A stretch of 53,166 nucleotides of DNA, the filler included, from Basidioascus undulatus (taxonomy: Eukaryota): NCBI GenBank assembly GCA_000826855.1. It is 4 parts of 4 records of this genome, joined end to end, with 100 filler letters (N's around TTAATTAATTAA, not from the genome) between each part and the next. Parts side by side here need not be neighbours in the genome. Positions count along the whole stretch, not along the records: positions 16,627 to 28,750 come from JTLS01000947.1; positions 28,851 to 40,966 come from JTLS01000948.1; 2 more parts are not named here. The stretch is one strand, 5' to 3'. The notes under the pieces are model-generated. The model was given only the letters and a program-made list of their open reading frames with translations, did not search any database and had not been told where the DNA came from. Both the position numbers and the translations under genes were made by a program. Numbering within the stretch: position 1 is the stretch's first letter; each line of letters opens with the position of its first letter. Shown here in pieces: positions 23,647-37,130 of the stretch.

Positions 23647-24054
23647 ATATCGTACCGGAACATACCAATTATACTATTATAATACATCACATTAGTATGT
23701 TGTGTACCCGAGCGTCTCTTCTGACTCACGGAGCTCGACGCAGTTTGTTCTTCACCCGCGCTCCAGCCGACCCACCGTGTGTCTGCGAGTCAAGAACGTA
23801 GTAGATGGCATTGTCTACGAAGTCAACTCCGGGCCAGGAGCAATAGGTAGAGTATGTTTGTGATGTTTGTGAGCCCTCCCGCGGCTGTGCTGCAGCCATG
23901 CTACCGGCAGACACGTGCGCGTCGGGCGCAGTTCTCGTGCATCTATCATGGTATAATTGCTATCGTGAAACGTGAGACGAGACAAGCAGAATCAAAAGCA
24001 TGTGAAGAAGTTTGAGTGTCCCAAAGACTCTGAAGGCCGAACCAACTGCGCTAG

Positions 24055-27000
24055 CTACTCGTCCCACTGGATGCGCTTTGCTATCCGCAGAATGTCCGAA
24101 ACGAAGTGGTCCTGTAGCTCGTGCCCGCGCCCCGAGGCTGAAATGCCGAGTATCAGTTGAGCTCTCGATTGAGACACGTGCATCCAACGACGCACCGATC
24201 CGCAAGACCGCTTCGTTCAGCGGCGCCGAGCCCAGAACGTCGATGTGATCACCAGTACGAGCACCACCACGGAGCTCCATGGCGTCCGGCTCGTGCTTGA
24301 ACTCGTGCGTGACGACGCGGATGCCTGTGCAAGATCGTGCTCTCTTTGGGCTTTTGCGCGAGCAGGGGATGGGGGTTACGTACCGCCGGGGTTGTATCGC
24401 CTGTCCTCCCTCCTCCATCCCTCCGTGCACATCGCGCCGAGCGAAAGGAGGGACACAGTCCCGTCACCTTCTCCGAGCTTCACGCCCTTGACGACCTGCG
24501 CGTTGAGAGCGCCAGTGAGCGCTACATTTTAGGTTATCTGAACAAGCTGCACGTGCCTTCGGTACAGCATCTGCGTTGACACGTCGTGAGCTACATTCTT
24601 GTCGCGCGCAACAGACGATACAGAGAGATACTCACCATCTATGTTCAGTTCCCAGTCGATCGAGCTTTGTCTCGAAAGCTGTAGGTCGTTCATGGTGTGC
24701 GCCGTGGAATTGCAGTCATCGCTCTCGCAGACGCCGACGTCAATGTCCGACTCGAGATCATCGTGCGCAAAAGCGCCCTGTCCAGTCACCAGTCGTGGTA
24801 CATCAATGACCCTGTGCGAACACGGAGGCTTCGAATTCGAATCCGATCGACACTTGCCTCTTTGTACCAGTACGAACGCTGATGCAACCATTGTCAGCTG
24901 ATTGCCAGCAGCAAGCGGGCGCTGACGACCTTCTCCTACCTCAGTCGGCTTGCCCACACCGTAGAGACAGTAGATCGACATTGAGGGAGCGTCGGGAAGT
25001 CTCGAAGAAAGCATTCTGTGAGACCAAAGCAGGCGAGAAAGATCGATTTGAGATCGCTCACCGTGCCTCGAGCGGCTGATAGCGCCGAACCGGCGTAAGC
25101 ATCGCACGGCATGCATCTGTGCAATTCATCGACACACATTGGTCCACTTCGTATGGTCCTGGTTGTTGCGCTCGAGCTGTGCCAATCCGTCATGAGCAAA
25201 GCAAGCGCGCCGAGGTGCTCTTCTCCTAACGCACCTGCTCAATATCGCGCTCGATTCCGTAGGAGTAGTTGCTGCAATGTCAATGAGGTCGGTATGACTT
25301 TGCCTGCGTGAAAGTGAAATAAGACAAGAGATGGAACGGACCTGGCCATCATCTGTTGGTCTCGTCCTTGCGTTAACGCATGCACCAGAAGATGATTTTA
25401 CTCGCATCCTGACCTTTTGCCAACTCGTCGGTGTGTGTGCGAGGACGAATGCGCTCGCGTCGGACGCGGTCAGGTTGGGGCTCGCACTGTCCGCGTTGAT
25501 GGCGTTGGCATCCAGCGGCGTGTGCGCCTTGCGGAAAGAGAAGAAGCGACCTGCGCGTGGATCGGCATTTGTCAGTACCTTGTGACTCACCCAGAATGAA
25601 GCGACGCACCGTGCGAGTCGGTTGCACCCTCCGGATCGTCGGGCGCGAACGTGTCGTTGCCCCAGACAGCCGAGCCGCCCTTGATCCACATGCTGCAGTC
25701 CGGTGTCGGCCATCAGCCACGTATAGCGAAGGCTTCCGAACTGCTTCGCACCTTGCGGACCCAGCCCAGCTGCGGAACAACGCCGCCCTCTCAGCTCGTG
25801 AAAAGAACTTCTCCAGAGCATAAGCACCAGCTGGGTTGAGCTCGACCGTGTCCTTCATCTCTCCGCTGAGGAAGGCCGTCATGGCTGTGGTGGAACGTGA
25901 GCTAGTAGAGCGCACGCGCAGTAGCCGTAGCATGATACCTTTCGGTACACCCAGAAGGGTTCCTGCGATGTTCACCTGAAGGGATGCTTAGAGTGAGCGG
26001 AGAGTTTGTGAAATGGGGCCGCGGAAGACGCACGAAAGCCTCGATGTGCTCCTCAACCCAGTTAGGGCCGCCGTTGCCGTATCCCTCAGCTTCAACCCAT
26101 TTTAGGCTATCTCCTCCAGTAAGTACAGCGGGTAACCTAATTTCAGGTGTGACTTCGATTACGCACAAATACTGTCCAGCGTGAGCGGTTGTCAGCGGCC
26201 GGTAGTCCAGAACGCGCACGCTACTGTAAACGCACAAAGACAACCGTGCCGCCCATCGAATGGGACGTAAGCTGCGCAAAGAGAGTCAATGTCAGCAACG
26301 CCAATCGAGTAGTGTAACGCAGAGGCCTACGCACGATCGTCTTCTTGCCCTGCGTCTTCTTGAGCAGCTCGATGTGCGCCTTCACGCGCGAGAAGTAGTG
26401 GTCGCGAACTTCCAGGTTGTAGTAAGAGAGTCGCCAGCTGTAATGGCATCCGCATCAGCACAGCGAGGAAGCGAGAAAATGGTTGACAGAATAGTGGGGC
26501 GAAGGACTCGTATGCTGCCATTTCGAGATCTGAGGTACGATGCGATTGTCAGTCGGAAAGCAGGAAGATGGGGTCATAGGCGATGCGCACTGTTCAGGTC
26601 GTCTGGAAATATAGCGGGTTAGTCCCAGCTCCGTCGACTCTACGGACGCTGACAACGCACAGTTGATGCAGGCCAGGTTCTCGATGATCGGCCGCCAGAC
26701 CCAGTAGCCTTGGATGAACTGGCTTGCGGCGTCGAGGCCTTGGGCTGGGCGGACTCTGACTCCCGGCGGATCAAGTCCCGTAATACTGCCACGCATACTT
26801 TTTGATGAATAGCTCAGGCGGCACCAAAAAGGGTCGTTCCTACGTACGGGTCAAGTGATAGCTGCTTGACCCAGCTCGTCTTGTCGGCGATGATTGCGCG
26901 GATCATGCTGCAAAGTATGCTCAGGGTCAGTCCTTTACGCACTTGGACAGATAGCATGCCTAGTTCGCGTTTGAGAGCGCACGCGGAGGTACCCCAAAGC

Positions 27001-27906
27001 CGTTGCCGGAAGTACGAAAGCGATTCCGGAGAGGTGGACCAAGACTCCAAACCTGTGCTGATTACGCCTGCCTCCCGACAACACCGACCGCGATTGAGAT
27101 CAGCCATCTAACCAGGTGGTGGACCAAGCTTGAGCTTAGCTGAGAAGTCCGCGCACCTGGGAAGAGCACGACCTGTATCCCAGATGTATTTGAGCGCACT
27201 GGAAATACAACACCCGCTCACCACATTTCCTCTGAAGACGAACGCACCGGATGTTCTGCCTCCCAGCCCTTCTCCTGCGCCTCCAGCCCGCTCTTGAAGT
27301 CCCGCCCCTTCAACCACTCCCTCGTCCCGTCTAGTCTCGAGTTCAGCTCCGATATGACGTTGTCCCATTGCGCGCCGAGCCCTGTAAGATCTATATCGGG
27401 CAGCTCGAAGTCGAGGGTCCCCGGCGGGAGGGGCGCAAGGACGGCTGCGGCAAGCGCGAAGCCGAGCGTGACCGCGAAGGGGAAGAGAAGACGCTTTTTG
27501 GACACCCATGATTTGAGACGGCCAAAGGCCGAGGGAGGCGGCGGGGGATGGAGGAAGGAAACTTCAGAGAGGTCGACTGCGGGCAGTGTAGACCGAGATT
27601 GAGAATAAGAAGCGTATGGTAAGGAGCTGCGCGAGTAGAGTCCACCCACTCTCGTGGAAAGGCGTGCCGGGAGCCAGCTGAATATCACACGCTGCTATGA
27701 GCAATGATATGGAGGAACATCATATGTAACGAAAATCGTACCACTTGGTAGCCATCTCCTCCCTTCTTCCTCCGAAGCTTCACGTTCAGGTCGTGCGCGG
27801 GGCCCTTGAGGTTGAGCGAGCTCGAAGTGCCGCTGTCGCCGTTCTCGCGGCCAGCGGCACTTTCGATCGTGGCCTTGAGCGTCGGCTTATCCTTCTTCTT
27901 CGCCAT
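24055..27906 (-). CDS. LRO1: Phospholipid:diacylglycerol acyltransferase (PDAT, LCAT family), many introns
   Basis: N-terminal transmembrane segment; GVISTGLESWST, GLDPPGVRVRPAQGLDAASQFIQGYWVW, AAYDWRL, WVEAEGYGNGGPNWVEEHIEAFVNIAGTLLGVPK, FLSGEMKDT, IYCLYGVGKPTE, HIDVLGS and terminal IAKRIQWDE*. Confidence 0.93.
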
Positions 27907-28372
27907 GGAAAATAAACGAGAAAGATGGCTGCAAGAGAAATGGACAAATCAAGACAAGAGAAGACGGTGAAGGTACGTGGGCAAGGGAAAGCTCGCGCGT
28001 AGCTCGCACTCGGGAGTTCGCGTCGAAGGGGCGTGCCGAAATTACACGTGAATGCCGCGTCTGACCAAAGTCGGGAGGCGAGTTCGCAACACTCGATTGC
28101 CTTGCCATTCTGTGGTCTGTTGGGCCCGTGCGGCTGATTGATCCAAGACGAAGACGAAAGTGCATCACAGGCCGTAGGAGAAAGATCTTGCATTCGGCGA
28201 GTCAGAATCAGAACAGTCACTCTTGCGAACTTCCGCAGACAAGAGGCACCGGCAGAGGTCGCTCAACATTCGAGTAGTGGGTATTCATGCACGCTGGAAA
28301 TTAAATAAAGAGTGTTTTAGAACAGTGAACGACCAGCAACGTTCAGGCAAGGTTCAAAGTCAAGGGGTTCCA

Positions 28373-28646
28373 TCACGCCTCCAAGCTCAGCTTCTTCCTC
28401 AACTCCGCATTGTCCGCCTCGAGCTTCTCGATCTTGTCCCCCGCCGCGCGCATCTTGGCGAGCAGGTACTCCGCGCGGCCCTGCGGCGCAGGCTTGGGCC
28501 CGAGCGGGTTCATCGTCTTGCCCGCGTCGAGGCCGATGTTCTTGAGCGTGAGGAGCTCCGTTTCGCACGCCTTGACGGTCGACTCGGCCGAGGCGATCTG
28601 CTCGGCGTTCGCGTACATGTCTTGCATGGCGCGGAAGGGCGTGTCT
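28373..28646 (-). CDS. Terminal exon of an unknown coiled-coil protein (5' part lost in gap)
   Basis: High-GC ORF ...RAEYLLAKMRAAGDKIEKLEADNAELRKKLSLEA* preceded by a pyrimidine-rich acceptor. Confidence 0.65.
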
Positions 28647-28750
28647 ATGGGAAAGGAAAGAATGGTAAGCGATGAGCAGGGAGTGAGCGGCGGGAGCTAT
28701 GGAGGTGAGCAGGGAAGGTGCGAGAGGCCCCCGAGCGAACGAAATGTCAG

Positions 28751-28850
28751 NNNNNNNNNNNNNNNNNNNNNNNNNNNNNNNNNNNNNNNNNNNNTTAATT
28801 AATTAANNNNNNNNNNNNNNNNNNNNNNNNNNNNNNNNNNNNNNNNNNNN
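28751..28850. other. Artificial contig linker N44-TTAATTAATTAA-N44
   Basis: Identical spacer. Confidence 0.97.
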
Positions 28851-29161
28851 ACTTTCTGGGTTACCACTGCTAGGCTCAGAACCACAGCGACACCTGTGGC
28901 CAACTTCACTGTTTGCCTGAAATCGTTGCACTCAGTTCGCAGGGCTACTGGGCCGACTACTGACCCTTGACTGGTCACTGGGAGCTCAGTTTCAACGCGT
29001 AGTGATAGCGGCGTAACCGGCAGACGGCACAGACCGTCTCAGAGACTCTAACGCAGCCGTCACGGTAGACCGCGACGGATAGCATAGTCCAGCTCTCAGG
29101 CTACACACGCCACTGTAACGCCGAGAGCTTGCAGTACGAACTTCGCCTGGCTCTGCCCAAA

Positions 29162-30604
29162 ATGGACTGGGTGGTGATTGCGCTATTCGACCTGCGCAAC
29201 TGGTCACTGCACGTCCGGTGGGTAGCGAACGCCACCGAGTGGGTCAGTTCGTTTAACATTGTCTGGGGCCGGCCGACACACGTCGCCCTCGCTGCCCTGG
29301 ACATGGTCAAGCATCTCGGCCTGCTATCAGCCGACCCGTCACTGTTCCAGCCATTGCACAATATCGTGGCCTTGCTGAAGGCCTGGGTTGAGCTACCTAC
29401 CGGGTCACAGCGGCTGAAGTGGCTCGCATCGTACTGGCCCACTCTCTATCACCACGCCGGTGTCGTCGTACAAGACGAGAAACTGCGGCTACGACTGGTG
29501 ATGCTGCTTTACGTGCTACTCCGACTTATTTTTTTTTGGCGTACTGTTGCGGCCGTTCTGACGAGCCTGGGCACGGCTGTGCTTTCGGGTCAACAGCCTG
29601 CCTGTTACCGTCCGTCTCGACAGTTACAGCCTCTGGTACGATTTCCTGGCTGGGCTCGACCGCCTCTGGCGCGATTTTGTGGCTGCATTCGATCGCCTGT
29701 TTACTGTTAGCCCGTACACTATCGCCTGAGAAGGTGCTGTGCTCAGGGCCAGCTCTGGCCCGGTTGACGGCGGTTGCACACCAGGAACAGGTTCTGATTG
29801 GGGCTCAGAGCAAGAAGGACCACATCGCGGTCCTTGCTTTCTTATCTGAAACCATGACCGACCTCGTCGACTACCTTGGACCCGCCGGTGCAGGCCTGGG
29901 CGCGTCCAACTGAGAGGTTCATGGCAGCGATGGAGAGTGCTACTGCTGGTGCGCCTGGTGCGGGCGTCTCGATATCCATTCGCATGCATCCTGATGCCGT
30001 GCCCTCTGATCCTCTGTGGCTAGATGCAGCAACTGGGACCATCACTATCCCCAGGGCAGCGCGATCCGGCAGGCTCTCGCTCGCTTCGAACTACGACACG
30101 AGCCTGCTCCAGCCGCGGGTCTTCTATGCGTTTCTTGCCGAGATACGAATACTTTTGGAACTTCCTCCATGCTCGGTTCCTACCCACCTGCAGTTCTCCA
30201 GTGTGACAGCATTGTGCCCGTCTCCCCGCCTTGACGCCCCCACAAGGCTCTTTGTGCGCCATTGCCGTCTCGGCACACCTCGCAAACAGGTCGCCAAGTT
30301 TTTCAAGAGTTTGCTCCCACCTATCCCTACTGAAATCCTCGGCGACTTGCGGCTCGACAGCCCCCTCCTAGACCTCTTCTGGAAGGACGTCGACGAGTGC
30401 CTCCAGTGCGCCTCACCTCTTCCCTGCGACTTCAGATCAAATGACCATGTCTCACAACTTGATGAAAATGAGGAAGGATATGGCTGTGGGCCATGGTACA
30501 GGTTGCAAGACAGGCAGGTCGGATTACGAATCAAGCTGAAAAGACTTCAGTCAACGCTTCTTCCTCTCATGAGGTGCTCACAATCCCAAATATTCTGTTT
30601 CTAG
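29162..30604 (+). pseudogene. Intronless hypothetical coding region broken into three overlapping frames
   Basis: Consecutive ORFs 29129-29710, 29419-29913 and 29876-30604 on the same strand, with a hydrophobic N-terminal part; no family recognised. Confidence 0.3.
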
Positions 30605-33014
30605 GTCATTTCATGCCGTTCCGAGCACAATTGAAGCATATTACTGGTTCTCACTTCCAAATGGACAAAGGCACAGCGGTCAACAGCCAGGTCAACAACA
30701 AGCGAGACGCGCAAAGTAAACCGTGAACCATCCGCCTACCACAGACGGCGCTCCCTCCTTTGTTTCAATCTAGGACTCAAGTCAAGCGTTTAGTCTGTTT
30801 CACAATCGTTCCGCAAGCATGCAGGCTACCTGACCATTATCTGCGTGTCTCGCAGTTCGCAGGCTCGGTGGACGTCACAGTGCCGTTTTCGAGCGCTTTG
30901 GGAGATACGAATAAATAGTATAGTACAGTACTATGGCATTCCGTAACACAGTCACAACCAGGTACTATTACCATTCATGACGACGAGTTGAACGTGTATC
31001 TAAACTATGCATGGCTCTAATGAAAAACATCTAGCAATCGTTAACCATTACACTACTGCAAGCGCGAATGAGCGCAAGAGGCAGTCGCCTCGTCGGCAGT
31101 CAGCGGAAGAAGGCGGCAGCTTTATTGACTTGCCAATCGATGTCTTCCCACTCTTTGTGAATTTTAACAACATTTAATTTCCGTTATATGTAACATGATA
31201 AGAGCTGAGGCCTCGCGGAGGCAGCCTGTGGTGAGCGTCGGCGGCAGGTGCTTTCACAACTGCACTGAGGACGTTCAGAGCCCTGGTGTCAAGTGTATGC
31301 CCCGGGGGTCCAAGCCTGCATTCTTCTTGGATACCGTTGAATTTGATTGATTCCAGGAAACACACGGGTCCGAAACTCACTGCTACCCTCGCCATATCGT
31401 GTCCTTGCAACACCTTGACATGCCTCCCGTTCGCAAGTTTCCCTGAGTTGTCCCCACCAAGCACCATCATGAACCAGCCGAGTCCGGAACGCTCTCCTCC
31501 GGTGTCGGCTTAGAGGAGCCGAAGCATTTCGGAAAAGACACCACCAGGCCCCGAGGGCGTTCAAAGGGAAGGCGAAGCTGTCGATCCTGAGCCGAGTGGT
31601 CAGGTGGTTCCCCTCGAGTCAATGAACGCGTACACAGGCCACGGACAGGCGACCTTATTTGACCAGTTCTCTAGAACGTCCGATATGGAACTCTGCAGTT
31701 CGTTCATGATGACTTGCCCGCTCATGATGGGTCGTTGACCTGGCTGATGTGATCGCGGCCTGCAAGCGCATTGGGTGCGCGCTACTCAAAATAACAGCCG
31801 GAAACGGAGCGCGAAAACGCGTCGGGGAGTGAAAGGTCTGCATGATGAAAAGTGTCTTACCCGGCTCTGAGTATCGTATGGTTCGAGTAAACTTTCGAGG
31901 GGGGCGGCGCAATTGTGGCTTCGAGCACGAAATGGGTCACGAGCCGCGCACCGGACGACGGGATCGGCGCGACTCCTCGCCCGCATCCTTCTTGGCTCCA
32001 GTCCCCGTTCTGCGCTCCTCCGCGCCTCCTCTAGCCCAATCCGCTTGAGCTAGCCCCCAGCGCAAAAATAAGGTGAGCAGAGGCGTGTTCTGGGTGGGCA
32101 GGCGGGGAAGACTGGCTTCGCCGGGGAATGCGGCGCAGGAGGTGTGCCCTCGGGCGGTTGAGACGCAAGCGGCGGTGGGGCGCGTGCGGGGGCGTGTGGG
32201 AGCCATGGGCGCGAGAGGAGATTCAGTGCGGAGTGCGGGGGATCGCCCGACCGTTCGCTCACTGCGCTTTTGCTGCTGCCTGGCCTTCGTTCCACCTCCT
32301 CCTCTTCGTTCAACGCGTTCTCCCCATCCGACTCGGTCTAATTTCACGCGTATATCACCGTACAGCGCGGAACTTGGAGCGAAAGTCGACCTTTCCAATC
32401 GTGCGTCTTTGGGGCCCCCGCGCAGTCAGCGGAACGCGGCAGCTGACCCTCTACCCTTCGCTTCCTTTATACTCCGCCAAACTCTTGCACTTTCTGAAAA
32501 CATAGGTCTTCTAGCCACTGTCGAGACCAAATACTCGACGCTCAATTTCACGGCCTTAGTCTGGGTTGCCATTCTCAGTCGGACGGTGAGTAACATTGGC
32601 TGCTATCGGGTTGGAGATTCCGCTGGTGGTGCTGCCCCGGCTTGCTCTGCCTCCATCGCTTGGAAATGCAATTCGGGGCCGAGATGGAACAATCTTAATG
32701 TAGAATCTCATTCTGAAGTCTAATGGAAGACCGGAGAGGTCCACAGTCTACGTCCACGGGCTGAAGGATCTCAACGAGCTGACTTCCGCTGTCCATTCCT
32801 TCAGCTCGGTCCAACGCCCTACGCAGTCGCCCACCATCCCGGCCAAGCGAGTCGAACACTCCTCCAACCTCGGTCGTTGAGCGCGACGAGGATACGATAG
32901 CCCGGCATGGACGTCGACTGGTGCGTTCTTTCTCCTTGCATTCTCACACCATTCCTTCCGTTGTTCAGGATGCATGGCGTGTTGACTTGCTTGGCTGAAT
33001 CGCAGGTGCTTGAC

Positions 33015-34576
33015 ATGCTCAAAACAGCTAGTGCGTCTGTTACTAAAGCACACATTCAATCGCAGTCCTCTTCGCTCCAACCGCAGGCTGACATCTACGT
33101 CTTCGTCTCTAGCCCCCAGGCCGCTCGTCTCCCTCACTGCCCTACTGCTCAGCGGCCTGCCTCCACGCGGACACGCAGCTCCCTCCTCCTCCGCCGTCTC
33201 ATGCGCGCCCGCATCCGCGCCCACGCGGTATCCGGACCCCGCGCTCGCGCTCGCTCTCGCCGTGCTCCCCTCCGGCCGCAGGCGCTCATCCGCCGTCCTC
33301 CTCCTCCTCCTCCTGGCGCGGCCGGGACAGGCAGGGCATCCTCTCCTGGGCGTCCTCCGTCCCGCTCAGCGCGTCGTCGTCTCCCCCCTCCGCATCCGCT
33401 CACCCCACCACCACCACGCTCGACTTCCCCAGCACGACGCGCCGGCGCCCGTCGTACTACACTGCGGTCGCCCCTCTGCCCCCCGGGCCGCGGCGCGTCC
33501 CAGGCGGGCCTGCCTCGCCCGGGCTCTCGCAGTCCCTCCCGCAGGAGCTGAGCCCTCAGTCACTGGGCTTCGGCCTCGGGCTCAAGGGCATCGACGGGGA
33601 CGCGCCGAGCATCGAGACGGGCACGGCGGGCGCGGACTTCGAGTTCGAGAGCAGCGGGGAGATGGGCGCCGTCGAGTCGCATACAACGCCCGAGCGCGAC
33701 GAGTACGACGACGAGTACGACGACGAGGACGTCGACGACGTCCCCTCCGAGCTGGAGGTCGACTCCGCCGCAGCGTTCAGAAAGCCCTTCGCTCCCGTGC
33801 CCCTCCCGCCGCCCCCGAGGGTCCTCCATCGCGCGTCCGACCTGCTCCCGACGTTTCCTGTCTCGCGCGCGCCGGTTGCAACATCCGCAGACCCAGAGCA
33901 AGGCGCGATACGCACGCTCGTCCGGGGCGTGGCCTCCCTCGTCGGGCGATGGACACCCGGGCCCGTCCTCTCAGCCGCTGCGTCCCTTCTGCCTCCCACC
34001 GGCCTCCCGCAACAACGTTCCTCCCCCTCCCCTCCAACACGCAAGACCCGCGCAGCGTCCGACATCCCGCGCACCGCACCGGCATCGACATTCCGCATCC
34101 CTCTTCCGAACCTCCCAACCGAGATGCCCTCCGCCTCACCCATCCGCATCGCCCCCACTCCCTCCGCCGGCGCAGGCGCGAGCGCGACCGGCTCCCCGCG
34201 CGCGCAGGGCCTCTGGGACACGCACATCGACGTCTCACCCCTCCCTTCCCCACGCGGGCGCGGCCGGCGCGCGAGCAGCCCCACGCGCCGCCTCCCGTTC
34301 TGGCGCGAAGATGGCCTGCGCAAGGGCGGGAAGACGTCGATGCACATGGTCGATGAGGAGGCGGTGGGGAGCGATATGAGCGCGGGGGAGGGGGATGATG
34401 ACGAGGAGGAGCTTGCGGAGGAGGGGGAGGGGCGCGGGAGGAGAGGGCGCGAGGATAGGGAGGACGAGCTCGATCGGAGGGGGAGGGGCATGGAGCGGAA
34501 GGGCAGCAGGAGGGAGAGTTGGGGCCAGGCGCAGCCCGAGAGGGAGACGTTCCGCGCTGGGAGCCCGTTCCGATGA
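33015..34576 (+). CDS. Hypothetical low-complexity Ser/Pro/acidic protein; start uncertain
   Basis: Very GC-rich long open frame extending upstream of 33662 (..SQSLPQELSPQSLGFGLG..DEYDDEYDDED..RAGSPFR*). Confidence 0.5.
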
Positions 34577-35395
34577 AGACATTGCTTCGCTTCTCTCCTT
34601 CACTCGACTTACCATGCTTCCCCACCTCTCTTGGTCCGACTACCCCAGCCGCTCACATAGCATTCTTCCTGATCCTCGCCACACACGCATGACGCACACG
34701 TGCTTCACATTTCCTTGATGACATTAACACTCGCACCGCTCCGCTCCCCATTTGCAAACCCCACGCCCCACTTGACCGACGACCAAAAACGAACGTAGCA
34801 TTGAAACAAGAAACAAAAGAGCATGAATGTACCATTAGCACATTGCTGGTTGGTTGGCTGTTTGCTCTGCATGCCGGGACTGTTTCCATAGAATGATAGG
34901 ACTTCCATCATCGGTATGGAAGGGGACGAACGGAGGAAATGCCGACTGTGTGTGTCCCTGTTCAAGCTTCAAGGTCCACGCTGTAAGGGATCCACCACAT
35001 TCCGAATCTGCACTGCAGTTTGTGTACGGTACACGTAACGATCTGAGACCTCACGCCCCCATACTTCTGCCCCTATTTTCAGCTACGGTCCACGAGAAGA
35101 TGCAAAAGAGGGTGAGCCAGGGCAGCTGAAGAGCGCCTGCATCCCTTCGAGCCTCAAAGATGACAGCTAGTTTGTATCGCTTTCGACTGCATGAACACTG
35201 AACACACTCACAGATTCCAGCTTTTCGGTATGCTTGAAGAAGTACTGGCTAAATTGCTGTCAGGGTCGAAAGCTAGGCTGAGGGGTGGCACAGCCAGCGC
35301 AGGCATTGCAGCGAACTCGGACTGCATTGCTGTGAGCGGCTGCCCAACACTCTTCGCCTATTTATCGTCCTAGCGTCCAATTCAGTCACAATTAT

Positions 35396-37130
35396 TCATG
35401 TCGCACTACCGCTTTTGTGCGGGAGCAGATCGAGAGACAAGCAAACACGAGCAAGCGAAAACCCGTCAAACCTCTTCCCGTCTGGCACATAGTCGTGCTC
35501 GTCCTCGGCCACAAAGTCACCATCCCAAGCCCTCATCCCGCGTACTCTCTTCCACGTCCTCAAACGACCATCTTCATCCCGCCAAATCATGGTCACAGTT
35601 CCCGGCCACCAGCCGTCCACCATCCGCAACCTCGGAAGTGTCTGGCTAATGTGCCGCAGCGTGTCCCCCATCGAAACCAAGAAAACACGCGGCGGTAAGG
35701 ATGCGGGAATAGGGCCGAAGACTTTGAAAGAGAGGAGAACCTCCAGCGAGGGGAGGCGAGCCAGGACGGGATGCCAGGCCGACTGCTTGAACATTACTGT
35801 GGTCAGTGGGGAATCGGACGAGGTACAGTATGGAGTGCGTACCAGTCGAACGCCACCAATCGTGCCTCCAAAGTTAATTCGCTTCAGCCCCTGCAGGGCA
35901 TGTGCGAATTTTGTGAATGCCTCCAGGGTGCATTCTTCACCTTCAAAGGCGCAAAGCTCGAGCTCCTGGACTCCGCCATGTTCCTTCAACGCGTGGACGA
36001 ACGTCGCGTCTGCTATAGAGAGTAGCCGTGGAGTCCGCTGAGAGCTCTGAGGCGTCTCGGGCCGCGGAGCATCGCGGTGGCGTTCTGCACCGACCCGTGG
36101 AAGGACGCGAGCTTCGGCAGTGCCGAAGCAGGCAGATCGTCAAGGTCGCAGTCCTCAAGAGGGAGCTGGAGGTTTCGGTCAAAGGATGCAGGATGAGGAA
36201 TTTGTGAAGGTCCCCAGGCTCATAGTCAAGCCTATAGATCGAAAGCGATCGAAGATGAGCGATGAGGGCTCGGTTCAAGAAGAGGGGATTGATGTCGGTG
36301 TCAAATCTTCGAAAATGCCGGAAAACTATCGCACGTGCAAGACCCATGAGCGACAGACTTGTTTAAGCCGGTCGGGGACGGGACACGCACCGAATCGAAG
36401 GGAAATGGTGTGCAGCTGTGGGCATTGGATCCTCGTCATGTCTTTCGTGAAACATAAAACACCTCTCGGTGTCTAGTTGGAGCTCTTCGAGGTCCTCAAA
36501 CTTCCAGATGTGGTCCCGCGCCGTATGCGTTAGCTACCACAAAGTCTCTCTGCCCGTATAAACTCATCTGCGGAAACTCACCTCGACGGCGTTCTCCGGC
36601 GTGAGCCGCTCGGAGGGATCGCAGACATGGAGACTGAGGAGGTCAGGACAGCTCGTCCGAAGCGTCCTCCAGAGCCCCACCGAAGGGCCCAATGCAACAT
36701 CCATGCGAAGTGCTGTAGCCCAGACATGGCCTCGAGGGCCGGCAAGAAGGGGGCCTCAACGATGCGCCGCCTCGCCCGCCGCTTCCTTCGCTTCTCCTCA
36801 TTGACCTCGTCCGAATCTCCGGACCGACTGTACTCGTCCTGCTCTGCGTACTCTCCGCAATGCTTCTTCGCACGCTCGGGAGCCTGACAGTCCGCAGGAA
36901 GGACCTCCTTGAAGAAGTCAAACCATCGTCGCTGTCGAGCATGCATGGACGAACGTGCGCGGCGAGGCCAGAAACTGGACCGGTATTTTGAACGGGCTGG
37001 GGTGTATCGACGTATCGACGCATTGAGGTCGCGGCACGCGATCGAAAGCGAGAGCAGGTCGCCGAGGGGGATGAACGACAGGATGCGTGCTCGAAGCTCA
37101 AGGGGAATACCAAGCAGAGTAGGCCATACA
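35396..37130 (-). pseudogene. F-box/LRR protein gene, apparently disrupted
   Basis: F-box LLGIPLELRARILSFIPLGDLLSLSIACRDLN (about 37020-37117) is out of frame with both nearby ATGs. LRR-like segments LEAMSGLQHFAW, HLRSLSI, LPSLEVL and LPRLRMV fall in shifting frames. Confidence 0.65.
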
